Part shown: positions 9,153 to 20,907 of the stretch, one piece after another
Layout: each line of letters starts with the position of its first letter
How positions within the stretch are numbered: the stretch's first letter is position 1
Source: Balanoglossus misakiensis
Taxonomy: Eukaryota; Animalia; Hemichordata
DNA: 64,000 nt
NCBI GenBank assembly: GCA_040954595.2
Contig: CM082593.2
Coordinates: 11,421,477-11,485,476 of the forward strand
Reading direction: 5' to 3'
Notes under the pieces: model-generated
What the model was told of the DNA's origin: nothing
Seen by the model: the letters and a program-made list of their open reading frames with translations, nothing else
Database searches by the model: none
Made by a program: the position numbers and the translations under genes

Positions 9153-11237
9153 CTATGAATTGCTGCATAATTTGCATCCACCCGCCGCTGCAGTGCAAAA
9201 CCCTGCTTTACGTACTCTGTTTTTTGTCATATAGTCTAGTCTTAGTGCTAGGATTCTAAATCTCAGAGCTTTACCTCCAAAGACTGAGTTTCTCCCCCTG
9301 CCCTTGTGAAAAACATTCTCCCCATTTGGCAAATCTAGCCAATCGTGAACACCATCATTGAAGTGCAGGCCATCTGGGCACACTGCTGGCCAATAATAGG
9401 CAGATCTCCACACAGGGACCACCATCGTTCCCTTGCCCTTGCACTCTTTCAGATACCTCATTGCATTACCAATCAAGCACACTGGTGGTAATAACCAGTT
9501 ATTATCAGATCCCCACAACTGGGTAAAAGCATCAACTGCTTCGGTATTTGGACACCAATACCTTGAGTTAAATCGTAAACATTTTGTGTTATACGAACAA
9601 GCAAATCTGTCCACTGTAAATGGACCCCACAGACAGTTCAGATGGTTAAAAATGTCTGGACTAATCCCCCAGTCATCTGTGTCAACCACTTTACTGATAA
9701 AATCAGCTTTCTCGTTCAGTGATCTGGGAATCCACTCTGGTAGCAGAGAAACTGCGTTGCTTACACAAAAAGCGTAGATCTGAAGTGCTATTTTTTGTAA
9801 CTCTGGCTTCATGCTGCCTTTTGCGATAATGCTCACCACATTTTGGTTATCAGTGAACCACTTTACTGTGTGGCCCTGGATGATGTGCGTAATACTGACA
9901 AGAATTCTATGAACTGCTTCAAGTTCACGCCATGTAGAGCTCGTACCTGCTTCGAACTGTGACCAGTTGCCCTGTGCAACACAATCCCCATACTCTACTA
10001 CATAGCCACCGTATCCTGTGCTAGAAGCGTCTGAGTACACCACTCTTGTGACTTTGGATGTAAACCTCATGGCTACCTCGTTTAAATTTGGTATGTTGTC
10101 ATGCCAAAACCGCAATTCCTGAATCGCTTCCATGCCTAATATTACTCTACTACCCCACGATGAACGTGTATTCAATGCAAAAATTAAATGCCTGGTCATC
10201 ATTAAGACAACATTGCCAATGCCAATTCTCGTGGAAATGACATGGCCAATTACCTGGGCCAATTTCCTGGCGTGGACTGGAGTGAAGCTTTTTGATGAAC
10301 TACAGTTAGACAGCAAATCGGCCAGTAAACCATGCAATCTTTGCAGACGACGAATGGGTATGAAAAACTTACCTTGTTCCAGGTCAATCTCTACACCTAG
10401 CCATTCCAGCTTTTGCACAGGCTCCCAAACACTCTTACCTTGGTTAATTGCAAGTCCAAATGCTACCAAGTCATGTTCCACCTCATGTGATGCAACTGTG
10501 GCAGATTGCAAAGAACTCCCAGCACCAAGCCCGTCATCTAGGTAAACAACTACTGCCTTACCTTCCCCTCTCCATTTTGCTACTAGAGGGCGTAGTAACT
10601 TAGTAAAAACATATGGTCCTGAAGACAGCCCAAATGGGAGAACACAGAAAATAAAATACCTTCTTGTCCCGTTGAAAACCCAGGAAAACCCCAGAAATTT
10701 GCGATGAGCTGGGAAAATTTCAACATGGTGATAACCTGACTTTAGGTCAAACTTAAACATGAAACTCCCTAGTTCCAAAAACTCTTTTGCAATACTCAAA
10801 TCTTCACAGCGAAAACTTTGCTTGAAGATGTGCAAATTAACCTTACGTAAATCTAAAATCAAACGCTCCTTTCCGTCATGATTTAGTGCCACTGAAAGAG
10901 GATTGCACACAAATGGAACCTCATTGACCTCCTCTATGGCCCCTGAATGCAAAAGCTTGCCGATTTCCGAAGAAACAAAAACACTATTAGAACAAGCCGA
11001 GCGATTATTTGATGCGAATGATGAAGGAGGCGATGAAAATAGAGGTAACTTGTAACCATATTCAATAAGCTCCAAAATCCAATTTGGCGCGTTAATTTCC
11101 CGCCATTTTGCAAGATGACGCTTCAAGCCTCCCCTAACGATGACGTCGTCGTGAGGACGACAAATAAAACTCTCCCCTAAAATAGAGGCTTCTTTTGTAA
11201 ACCCAATTGCATCAGAGAAATCTCCCTCCCATGACAA
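9153..11237 (-). CDS. RT / RNase H / Dam-like methyltransferase-domain polyprotein
   Basis: RLILDLR, DLKSGYHH, LPFGLSSGP, YLDD; RNase H YSDAS, WRELEAV, TDN, NEKADFIS; MT-like TVDRFA..RFNSRYW..VDAF..NWLLPP. Confidence 0.93.
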   Translation of the reverse strand: MSWEGDFSDAIGFTKEASILGESFICRPHDDVIVRGGLKRHLAKWREINAPNWILELIEYGYKLPLFSSPPSSFASNNRSACSNSVFVSSEIGKLLHSGAIEEVNEVPFVCNPLSVALNHDGKERLILDLRKVNLHIFKQSFRCEDLSIAKEFLELGSFMFKFDLKSGYHHVEIFPAHRKFLGFSWVFNGTRRYFIFCVLPFGLSSGPYVFTKLLRPLVAKWRGEGKAVVVYLDDGLGAGSSLQSATVASHEVEHDLVAFGLAINQGKSVWEPVQKLEWLGVEIDLEQGKFFIPIRRLQRLHGLLADLLSNCSSSKSFTPVHARKLAQVIGHVISTRIGIGNVVLMMTRHLIFALNTRSSWGSRVILGMEAIQELRFWHDNIPNLNEVAMRFTSKVTRVVYSDASSTGYGGYVVEYGDCVAQGNWSQFEAGTSSTWRELEAVHRILVSITHIIQGHTVKWFTDNQNVVSIIAKGSMKPELQKIALQIYAFCVSNAVSLLPEWIPRSLNEKADFISKVVDTDDWGISPDIFNHLNCLWGPFTVDRFACSYNTKCLRFNSRYWCPNTEAVDAFTQLWGSDNNWLLPPVCLIGNAMRYLKECKGKGTMVVPVWRSAYYWPAVCPDGLHFNDGVHDWLDLPNGENVFHKGRGRNSVFGGKALRFRILALRLDYMTKNRVRKAGFCTAAAGGCKLCSNS

Positions 11238-11333
11238 TAAAGAGCAATTACAGCCCGAAATATTGCAGGGAACATTGATATTTTGGCCAATACTTAACTT
11301 TTCAGCCTGGGTGTCATGTCGTCCTTGTAATGG

Positions 11334-12068
11334 TCACATCGGACCATTTCCTGAGCCGCTGCTGGTTCCCGCCAAAACTCCTTGTAGTACCCCAGTACTG
11401 TTAGAATGTCCCACGGAACGGCATTCATGTCTGAAATGTCCGGGCTTTCCACAAGCAAAGCATAGACCGCTACGTACTCTCTTCGCATCCCTATCTCTGA
11501 AGAACGGCCCTTGGGTACCAACGGCGGCGTTGTCTGTGTATTGCCCCTGTCGCTCGCGACCTCTGAACTTCTGTTTCTTTTGGCGCTGCTCTTTGGAACG
11601 ACGGCCTGCTCTCAGCTCAGCTTTCCAAATACGCTTCTCATCGTCGCTGTCCTCAGCCAACTCATGCGAGCGATATTCCTGCGCTGTTGCCCATCCAAAT
11701 TCTGAATTTTCCGCCAGCAGAATCAATTTTTGTCTCTGTCCTATCTCATTAATACCTTCATCAATCTTCTTTAGTGCTCCTTCGTATCTTTTAGCTTCCA
11801 ACTCCGTTTTGGTCTCCTCGATGATGTCCAACACCTTGTCGTTGTGCTTATATTGGTCCGCATTAGCCTGCTTTTTGAAGGTCGGGGCTTCTTTGTGTTT
11901 CAGACGTTTGAACTCGCCCATGACCTCGCGCGCGGTTCCTTCTTGCGCGGTGCTGAGCTCGTTTTTCATAACTTGTAATTTCTGAGTGATAAGCTGATTA
12001 ATAGAAGTCAGCAACTGCCCGTTGTTAGCCTGGATGGCTTCAGAAATGGTTGAAGACTGGTCTTCCAT
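11334..12068 (-). CDS. Gag-like protein with CCHC zinc knuckle
   Basis: CFACGKPGHFRHEC; RQKLILLAENSEFGWATAQEY..LAEDSDDEKRI. First ATG (MEDQ) at 12068; the track ORF extends to 12137 from a non-ATG codon. Confidence 0.85.
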   Translation of the reverse strand: MEDQSSTISEAIQANNGQLLTSINQLITQKLQVMKNELSTAQEGTAREVMGEFKRLKHKEAPTFKKQANADQYKHNDKVLDIIEETKTELEAKRYEGALKKIDEGINEIGQRQKLILLAENSEFGWATAQEYRSHELAEDSDDEKRIWKAELRAGRRSKEQRQKKQKFRGRERQGQYTDNAAVGTQGPFFRDRDAKRVRSGLCFACGKPGHFRHECRSVGHSNSTGVLQGVLAGTSSGSGNGPM

Positions 12069-12117
12069 GTTGATGGGAACCAAGATCGCCGAAAGAAGTG
12101 ACCGAACACGAAGCGCG

Positions 12118-12239
12118 AAAATTAGCCTTGTAGTCACCTTGCCAGCAACGTGTAGACTGACGTTCCGCTAGTGATAGCGCCCTCTATGGCAACAAAACAT
12201 TACTTTCTTGTATCTACTACGTGCCTCAAGAAAGTACAC
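12118..12239 (-). repeat. Split direct repeat A1 (~122 bp)
   Basis: Matches 7730-7851 with one visible mismatch. Confidence 0.93.
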
Positions 12240-14400
12240 ATTTTGTCTTGGGTGATTTAAATTATACCGCCTTTTCTGGAATTTGCAGCACTTTTTACAT
12301 GAGAACGACACTTCATGCTCCATAATATTTCCGAAAATGAAGAAAAGAGTTAATTTTTTATGATTTTTTAAAAAATTACCATTTTTGTCAAAATATGGCC
12401 AAAATGGCTATTTTTTCTTGAATTCCGTCAATATCTCTGCATTTTTGGAGTGGTCGAAAGTTTTAACATACAATCAACATGTCATATATGATCAGGGCAC
12501 CAAATTCGAAGAACAAAGGTTTTTTTATTTGTTTTTCTAAAAATGAGACATTTTCAAGGAAAATTTGGTAAAACGCCATTTTGTCTACAGTGAGCCAAAT
12601 TAGACGGTCTTTTGTGGAATTTGTATCGATATATACATACGAAGAGCATTCTATACTCCATCAGATTTCCGAAAATGTAGAAAACAGGTATTTTTTGTAA
12701 TTTTCAAAAAATTACCATTTTGACCAAATTGTGGCTAAAATTGTTATTTTCGTGTTGAATGCCGCCAGTGTCACTGCTTTTAAAAGTCATAAAAACTTTT
12801 AACATACAAGCAATTGTTTATATATGATCAGGTCACCGAATTAAAAAAATAAAGAATGTTATGCCTAAAAATGACCTTTTTGGTGCAAAAACGAATAAAA
12901 CGCAATTTTGTATTAAATCAGCTCATTCAGAGTGCATTTTTTATAATCAGCACCATTTTTACATATAATGGAAATTTCATACATCATCAGATATCCAAAT
13001 ATGAAAAAATGATTTAGATTTTAGATGATTGTCCAAAATTAGCTGATATCTAATAAATGTAGTATTGAACCGTTCTGTTCCCCCCCCCCTACATTATATG
13101 CGGTACGCCGATGTCAGCTTACCCGGCAGTACTGCAGGCCGTGCCCCCAACTAACGTCGGTGTTTGAAACGCCCTGGTTAAATTCGGGCTTTCTCGATAA
13201 ATTGACAGGAAATAACGCAGTCCTACCCGAACAAATGTCAAGTGTTGAACCGCTGTGACTTTCCCTCTTAGTTTGCCCGACTTAGCCAACGTCTTTGTAC
13301 TAGAGTGTCGGGTCTTTTGCAGAGCCAGGCCGAAGGAAATCTGACTTGATCACCGTTGCTAACGAACGCTAGTTTCTGTCATGGTGTGCCGGGGTTTTAG
13401 TCGAGCCAGGCCATAGGAGATCTGACTTGATCATCGTGGTCAATGTACGCGTGTTTCCGCTCGAAAGTGCCGGGGCTTCAGCTAAACCAGGCCGTAGGAA
13501 ATCCGACGTAATCACCGTTCTTAACTTACGCCAGTCTGTGTCATATAGAGCCGGTGCACCAGCCGACTCACGCCGTAGGAAATCTGACTTGATCAACGTG
13601 GTCTCTGTACGCGTGTTTCTGCTCTAGAGTGCCAGGGCTTCAGCCAAGCCATGCCGTAGGAAATCTGACTTGATCAACGTTGCTAACGAACGCTAGTGTC
13701 TGTCATAGTGTGCCGGGGTTTAAGTCGAGCCAAGCCGTAGGAGATCAGCCTTGATCAACGTGGTCAATGTACGCCTGTTTCTGCTCTAGAGTGCCGGGGC
13801 TTCAGCTGAGCCAGGCCGTAGGAAACCCGACGTGATTACAGTTGTTAACTTACGCCAGTCTGTGTCCTATATATAGTGCGGGGGCATCAGCCGTGCCAGG
13901 CCGAAGGAAATGTGAGTAGATCAACGTGGTCTCTGTACGCGTGTTTCTGCTCTAGAGTGCCAGGGCTTTAGCCAAGCCATGCCGTAGGAAATCTGACTTG
14001 ATCAACGTTGCTACGGAATGCTAGTGTCTGTCATAGTGTGCCGGGGTTTTAGTCGAGCCAAGCCGTAGGAGATCAGACTTGATCAACGTGGTCTCTGTAC
14101 GCGTGTTTCTGCTCTAGAGTGCCGGGGCTTTATCCAAGCCATGCCGTAGAAAATCTGACTTGATCAACGTTGCTAACGTACGCTAGTGTCTGTCATATTG
14201 TGACGGAGATTTAGCCGAGCCAGGCCGTAGAAAAATCGACTTGTTCAACGTTACCAGTGTGCAACTGTTTCTGCTCTAGAGTGTCAGGGTTTTAGCCGAC
14301 TTATGCTGTAGGAAATCTGAGTTGATGAACGGGAATTCAATGTTAGAAAACCCGTGTGGAAAGTATCTCTACCCGTTTGAAACTAAGAAAAGAATTTATT
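12240..14400. repeat. Satellite segment (~1 unit, with an extra ~162-bp dimer in the 81-bp block)
   Basis: Resumes exactly where 7371 stops. Confidence 0.96.
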
Positions 14401-14511
14401 AGGGGCACAAGCCTATCGGGCTTGTGCCCCTATTGGTATTGTTGGAATATTTAGGGGCACAAGCCTATCGGGCTTGTGCCCCTATTGGTATTGTTGGAAT
14501 ATTTCTTCTTT

Positions 14512-16229
14512 ACGGGCCCAAGCCAAGCCAGGCTTGGGCCCGTATTGGTTTCGTTGGAATTTTACTTTCTTTCTTTCTTTATTCTTGTGTCAATTCTTTG
14601 ACCCACGAGATCTCAGACACCGCTGCAGGTACACTTCTGAAACTTGCTACAGTGGTCAAGGTCAATGAGTAGTCGTGCATTGAACCCTTGAATTTTTAAT
14701 TAGTCACGTGACCTGGCGGCCATCTTGGATTTTCTGAAAAAATGCAAATCTCAGATCTCAGAAACTACAAGTCAGATCGACTTCAAATTTGGCAAGCTGG
14801 TAGACTACCTTCTGCCCATCATTTTTGTAATTAGAAATTATGCTGACAAAGTTGCAGTTTTTTGCTACAATTTTTTTTCTGAAATCTGGCTTAAATTTTA
14901 AAAATCTTCTTCTCCAGAACCAGTGAAAACCAAGACACGGGGTTTTGGGTATGTGGTCACCTAACTGATGTCTATCAAGTTTGCGAAGATCATTGTGATT
15001 GGTCGAAGATTATGGCGGCCATATTGGATTTTCGTAAAACCCTAGTAAAATTTCAAAAATCTTCTTCTCAAGAACCGGCGATAACTGAGTCACAAGATTT
15101 GGTGTGTGTGGTCATTAAACAGATGTCTATCAAATTTGCGAAGAGGAATGTAATTGGTCGAAGATTATGGCGGCCATATTGGATTTTGTGAAAAACAATT
15201 AAAAAGTAAAAATTCCCTTTCTAGCCTAAAAATTGATAGCACAGAAATTCTTTTTATGGATATGAATCATCATATGCCAAGAATAAGCTATAAATATTTT
15301 GGTAATTTTGGCAATGACCTTTGACCTACTTTTGACGCATCATTTTTCTGCATATCTAATTCCAGGCTACCCAATAGGGCTATAAGTTTGGTTTTTGATG
15401 TATGTGGATTTGTATGTGATCAAAAAATTTTGCTACTTTTCATGACCCCTTTGACCTCTGGTGACCTCATTAAATATGCGCATACCTAATTAATGATCAA
15501 CCAATAGACCTTAGAGGTTTTGTTTTTGTTATACATGGACCAGTATGGGGTCAAAATATTTTGCCCAAATGTTGGGTGACCTCGGGTGACCTTTGACCTA
15601 CTTTTGCATATCTCGACATCCACACCAGATACAGCCTTGGCGTTTGGAGGTATGGGGCCATAATGAAAAGCCAAAGTTTTGGGTCACCTGTGACACCTGC
15701 TTTACTCATTATTTATGTGCATACCTAATTCCGGGCTAACCAAAAGGGCTAGATGTCTGGTTTTTGTTGGACATGGACCACTATGGGTCAAAATTTTCTG
15801 CCCAAATTTTGGATGAAGTCAGATGACCTTTGACCTACTTTTGCATATATCGGCATCCAAAGCAGGTACAGTCTTGGCATTTGGAGGTATGGGGCCATAA
15901 TGAAAAGCCAAAGTTTTGGGTCACCTGTGACACCTTCTTTACTCATTATTTATGTGCATACCTAATTCCGGGCTAACCAAAAGGGCTAGATGTCTGGTTT
16001 TTGTTGGACATGGACCACTATGGGTCAAAATTTTCTGCCCAAATTTTGGGTGACCTCAGATGACCTTTGACCTACTTAACACTATATCAACACCAAACAT
16101 AGATATAACCTTGATATTTCATGGGATAAAACACAGCATTATGTTTCTACTCATTAATTATGTGCATATCTAATAATCAGATCAGATAATAGAGCTTGGG
16201 CCCGGACAATGCTGCTTGCAGCTTTAATT
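14512..16229. mobile_element. Nested HINE, second family, copy 1
   Basis: ACGGGCCCAAGCC-loop-GGCTTGGGCCCGT left stem-loop, (TTTC)n, internal repeats, right GCTTGGGCCCG..GCTGCTTGCAGCTTTAATT. Confidence 0.85.
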
Positions 16230-17950
16230 ACGGGCCCAAGCCAAGCCAGGCTTGGGCCCGTATTGGTTTCGTTGGGGTTTTTCTTTCTTTCTTTCTTTCT
16301 TTCTTTATTCTTGGTTCATTTCTTTCGCGCGCTAGATCTCAGACACCGCTGCAGGTACAGTTCTCAAACTTGCTACAGTGGTCAAGGTCAATGAGTAGAT
16401 GTGCAGTGACTTGTGAATACTTAATTAGTCACGTGACATGGCGGCCATATTGGATTTTCTGAAAAAATGCAAATCTCAGATCTCAGAAACTACAAGTCAG
16501 ATCGAGTTCAGATTTAGCGTGCTGGTAGTATACCCTCTGCCCATCATTTTTGTAATTGGATATTTTGCTGTCAATGTTGCAGTTTTTTAGCTACAGTTGT
16601 TTTTCTGAAATCTGGTCAAAATTTCAAAAATCTTCTTCTCCAGAACCGGCGATAACCGAGTCACGCCGTTTGGGGTATGTGGTCACCTAACTGATGTCTA
16701 TCAAGTTTGCGAAGATCATTGTGATTGGTCGAAGATTATGGCGGCCATATTGGATTTTCGAAAAACCATAGTAAAACTTCAAAAATCTTCTTCTCCAGAA
16801 CGGGCGATGACTGAGTCACAAGATTTGGTGTGTGTGGTCATTAAACAGATGTCTATCAAGTTTGCGAAGGGGAATGTGATTGGTCGAAGATTATGGCGGC
16901 CATATTGGATTTTGTGAAAAACGATTAAAAAGTAAAAATTCTTTTTCTAGCCTAAACATTGATAGCACAGAAATTCTTTTTATGGATATGAATCATCATA
17001 TGACAAGAATAAGCTATAAATATTTTGGTAATTTTGGCAATGACCTTTGACCTACTTTTGACGAATCATTTTTCTGCATATCTAATTCCTGGCTAACCAA
17101 TGGGGCTTTAAGTTTGGTTTTTGATGTATGTGGATTTGTATGTGATCAAAAAATTTTGCTACTTTTCATGACCCCTTTGACCTCTGGTGACCTCATTAAA
17201 TATGCGCATACCTAATTATGATGAACCAATAGACCTAGAGGTTTTGTTTTTTTTATACATGGACCAGTATGGGGTCAAAATTTTCTGCCCAAATTTTGGA
17301 TGACCTCAGATGACCTTTGACCTACTTTTGCATATCTCGACATCCACAGCAGATACAGCCTTGGCGTTTGGAGGTATGGGGCCATAATGAAAAGCCAAAG
17401 TTTTGGGTCACCTGTGACACCTGCTTAACTCATGATTTATGTGCATACCTAATTCCGGGCTAACCAAAAGGGCTAGAGGTCTGGTTTTTGTTGGACATGG
17501 ACCACTATGGGTCAACATTTTCTGCCCAAATGTTGGGTGACCTCTGGTGACCTTTGACCTACTTTCTCATATCTCAGCATACAGAGCAGATACAGCCATT
17601 GCATTTGGTAGGATGGGACCAAAATGTAAAGCCAAATTTTTGGGTCACCTGTGACACCTGCTGACCTCATTAAATATGCACATACCTAATTACAGGTGAA
17701 CCAATAGAGCTAGAGTTTTGGTCTTTGTTGGACATGGACCAGTATGGGTAAAAAAAATTGCCCAAATGTTGGGTGACCTCAGGTGACCTTTGACCTACTT
17801 CACCCTATTTCAGCAGCAAAAATACCCACATCCTTGTTATGTCATGAGATAATACATCCGATAGAAAATTAAGTTTCTTCTAATTCATACTGTGCATATA
17901 TAATTCAAGATCAGCGCTTGGGCCCGACAATGCTGCTCGCAGCTTTAATT
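16230..17950. mobile_element. Nested HINE, second family, copy 2 (head-to-tail with copy 1)
   Basis: Same left end as copy 1; right end GCGCTTGGGCCCGACAATGCTGCTCGCAGCTTTAATT. Confidence 0.85.
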
Positions 17951-19052
17951 ATTATTATTCTTCTTCTTCCGAGAAAATCGGCCAGGTAGATCTGGAAAAC
18001 CGCAGCACCTAGGGGGCTGAAACTTGGTAGGGTGATAGGGGCCAATGAGTAGACGTGCAGGGGCTCGTGAATATTTAATTAGTCACGTGACCTGGCGGCC
18101 ATATTGGATTTCCTGAAAATCGTTAAACGAGTCCTTCTCAAAAACTGCTGGGCCGATCGAGTTCAAATTTGGTGTGCAGGTAGCCTACCTTCTGTCCATC
18201 AGTTTACCCCATTGAAATCATGACGTCACACATAAAGTTTTTTTGCTACAATTGTTTTTCTGAAAAACTACTTAAAACTTTAAAAATCTTCTTCTCCAGA
18301 ACCAGCGATTGCCGAGTCACGGGATTCGGGGTATGTGGTCACCTAACCTATGTCTATCAAGTTTGCGAAGCGCACTGTGATTGGTCGATCATTATGGCGG
18401 CCATGTTGGATTATCGGAAAACCATTGAAAAATGAAAATTCCGTTTTGTAGCCAAAATGTTGACAGCACGGAAATTCTTTTTTTGGATATGAGTCATCAT
18501 ATGACCGGAAGTTGTCACAATTTTTCGGGGCAATTTTCACATGACCTTTGACCTAGTTTTAAAACAACTAATTATATATGCATATTCCCCATACCTCCTC
18601 TTGTCAAAGCACCACAGTCATGAATTTTGTGGACATGGGTACCAATGCTGCCAGGACATGACACAAATATTTTGGTAATTTTGGCAATGACCCTTGACCT
18701 ATTTCTGAAACATCATTTTTCTGCATATATAATTCCAGGCTAACCAATAGGGCTAGAGGTCTGGTTTTAGTTGGACATGGCCCACTCTGGGGTCAAAATT
18801 TTATGCCTTACACTAGACCTCATTAATTATGCGCATACCTAATTCTAGGCGAACCAATAAAGCTAGGGGTCTGGTTTTTGTTGGACCTAGACTAGTATGG
18901 GTTCCGATTTTTTTGCCCAAATTTGGGGTGACCTCAGGTGACCTTTGACCTACTTTCCCATATCTTGGTATCCACAGCAGATACAGCCTTGGCATTTGCT
19001 GTTTACCATGGGAACCGCTTGTGCCCCGCCAACGCTGCTTGCAGCTTTAATT

Positions 19053-19304
19053 CTTATTTATTTTGTAAAAAAGACAATTTTTCGAAAAAAAAGTCGAAAA
19101 TGGTAATTTTGTCTTGGGTGATTCAAATTATACCGCCTTTTCTGGAATTTGCAGCACTTTTTACAAGAGAACGACACTTCATGCTCCATAATATTTCCGA
19201 AAATGAAGAAAAGAGTTAATTTTTTATGATTTTTTAAAAATTTACCATTTTTGTCAAAATATGGCCAAAATGGCTATTTTCTCTTGAATTCCGTCAATAT
19301 CTCT
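19053..19304. repeat. Satellite segment between insertions
   Basis: Continues from 14400 (AGAATTTATT|CTTATTTATT) and resumes at 41779. Confidence 0.95.
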
Positions 19305-19430
19305 TAGTCCGTGGGCTGAAGGGGTCCACTAGGCACCCCCCCCCCATAAACCTACCACTTGGGTATTTTTTAGGGGCACAAGCCTATAGGGCTTGTGCCC
19401 CTATTGGTATTGTTGGAATTTTTCTTTATT

Positions 19431-20907
19431 AGGGCCCAAGCGCTTGCTTGCGCTTGGGCCCTATTGGTTTCGTTGGGGTTTTTCTTTCTTTCTTTCTTTT
19501 TTCTTGTGTCAATTCTTCGGCCAACTAAATCTCAGAAACTACTGCAGGTACACTGCTCAAACTTGCTACAGTGGTCAAGGTCAATGAGTAGATGTGCAGT
19601 GACTTGTGAATACGTAATTAGTCTCGTGACCTGGCGGCCATATTGGATTTTCTGAAAAAATGCAAATCTCAGATCTCAGAAACTACAAGTCAGATCGACT
19701 TCAGATTTGGTGTGCAGGTAGTGTACCTTCTGCCCATCAATTTTGTAATTGGATATTTTGCTGTCAATGTTGCAGTTTTTTTGCTACAGTTGTTTTTCTG
19801 AAATCTGGTCAAAATTTCAAAAATCTTCTTCTCCAGAACCGGTGATAACCGAGACACGAGGTTTGGGGTATGTGGTCACCTAACTGATGTCTATCAAGTT
19901 TGCGAAGATCATTGTGATTGGTCGAAGATTATGGCGGCCATATTGGATTTACGAAAAACCATAGTTAAACTCCAAAAATCTTCTTCTCCAGAACGGGCGA
20001 TGACTGAGTTGCAAGATTCGGGGAGTATGGTCACTACACTGATGTCTATCAAGTTTGCAAAGAGCATTGTGATTGGTCGAAGATTATGGCGGCCATATTG
20101 GATTTTGTAAAAAGCAGTGAAAATTTGAAATTCCTTTTTCTAGTCTAAAATTTGATAGCATACAAATTGTTTTTATGGATATCAATCGTCATGTGACTAA
20201 AATATGTTACAATTTTTTTGTGATTTTTCACATGACCTTTGACCTACTTATCACGCGTTATTATTTCTGCATATCTAATTCCAGGCTAACCTATAGGGCT
20301 AGACGTTTGGTTTTTGATGAATGTGAATTAGTGTGTGATCAAAATATTTTGCTACTTTTCATGACCCCTTTGACCTCAGCTGACCTCATTAATTATGTAC
20401 ATAGGTAATTACAGGCGAACCAATAGAGCTAGAGGTTTTGTTTTTGTTGGACATGGACCAGTATGGGATCAAATTTTTTTGCCCAAATGTTGGGTGACCT
20501 CTGGTGACCTTTGACCTACTTTCTCATATCTCAGCATCCAGAGCAGATACAGCCATTGCATTTGGTAGGATGGGACCAAAATGTAAAGCCAAATTTTTGG
20601 GTCACCTGTGACACCTGCTGACCTCATTAAATATGCACATACCTAATTACAGGTGAACCAATAGAGCTAGAGTTTTGGTTTTTGTTGGACATGGACCAGT
20701 ATGGGTAAAAAAAATTGCCCAAATGTTGGGTGACCTCAGGTGACCTTTGACCTACTTCACCCTATTTCAGCAGCAAAAATACCCACATCCTTGTTATGTC
20801 ATGAGATAATACATCCGATAGAAAATTCTGTTTCTTCTAATTCATACTGTGCATATATAATTCAAGATCAGCGCTTGGGCCCGACAATGCTGCTCGCAGC
20901 TTTAATT
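19431..20907. mobile_element. Nested HINE, second family, copy 3
   Basis: AGGGCCCAAGCGC-loop-GCGCTTGGGCCCT left end; right end GCGCTTGGGCCCGACAATGCTGCTCGCAGCTTTAATT. Confidence 0.85.

Larger units (their letters stand above)
7372..12239 (-). mobile_element. Full-length PAT-like (DIRS order) tyrosine-recombinase retrotransposon with split direct repeats
   Basis: Order A1-gag-RT/RH/MT-YR-B1-A2-spacer-B2; no TSD; the flanks rejoin to the satellite sequence AAATGGTA|ATTTTGTCTTGGG. Confidence 0.93.
14401..19052. mobile_element. Non-autonomous Helentron (HINE), deletion derivative of the 19372-38035 family, with two nested HINEs
   Basis: Left end AGGGGCACAAGC-loop-GCTTGTGCCCCT (tandemly duplicated); right end GCTTGTGCCCC..GCTGCTTGCAGC-TTTAATT; inserted at TT with no clear TSD; body 17951-19052 matches 20908-21960 and 37900-38035. 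Confidence 0.88.

Noticed and set aside
11263-11985. 240-aa plus-strand ORF
   Set aside because: Antisense shadow of gag with a non-ATG start and no motifs.
12172-12190. CTCF-like motif AGCGCCCTCTATGG in repeat A
   Set aside because: Only half of the consensus matches; cannot be supported without binding data.
7372-12239. Prophage/integron, Ngaro or DIRS1 assignment
   Set aside because: Gag plus RT exclude phage; direct rather than inverted repeats exclude DIRS1; the MT-like domain favours PAT over Ngaro.
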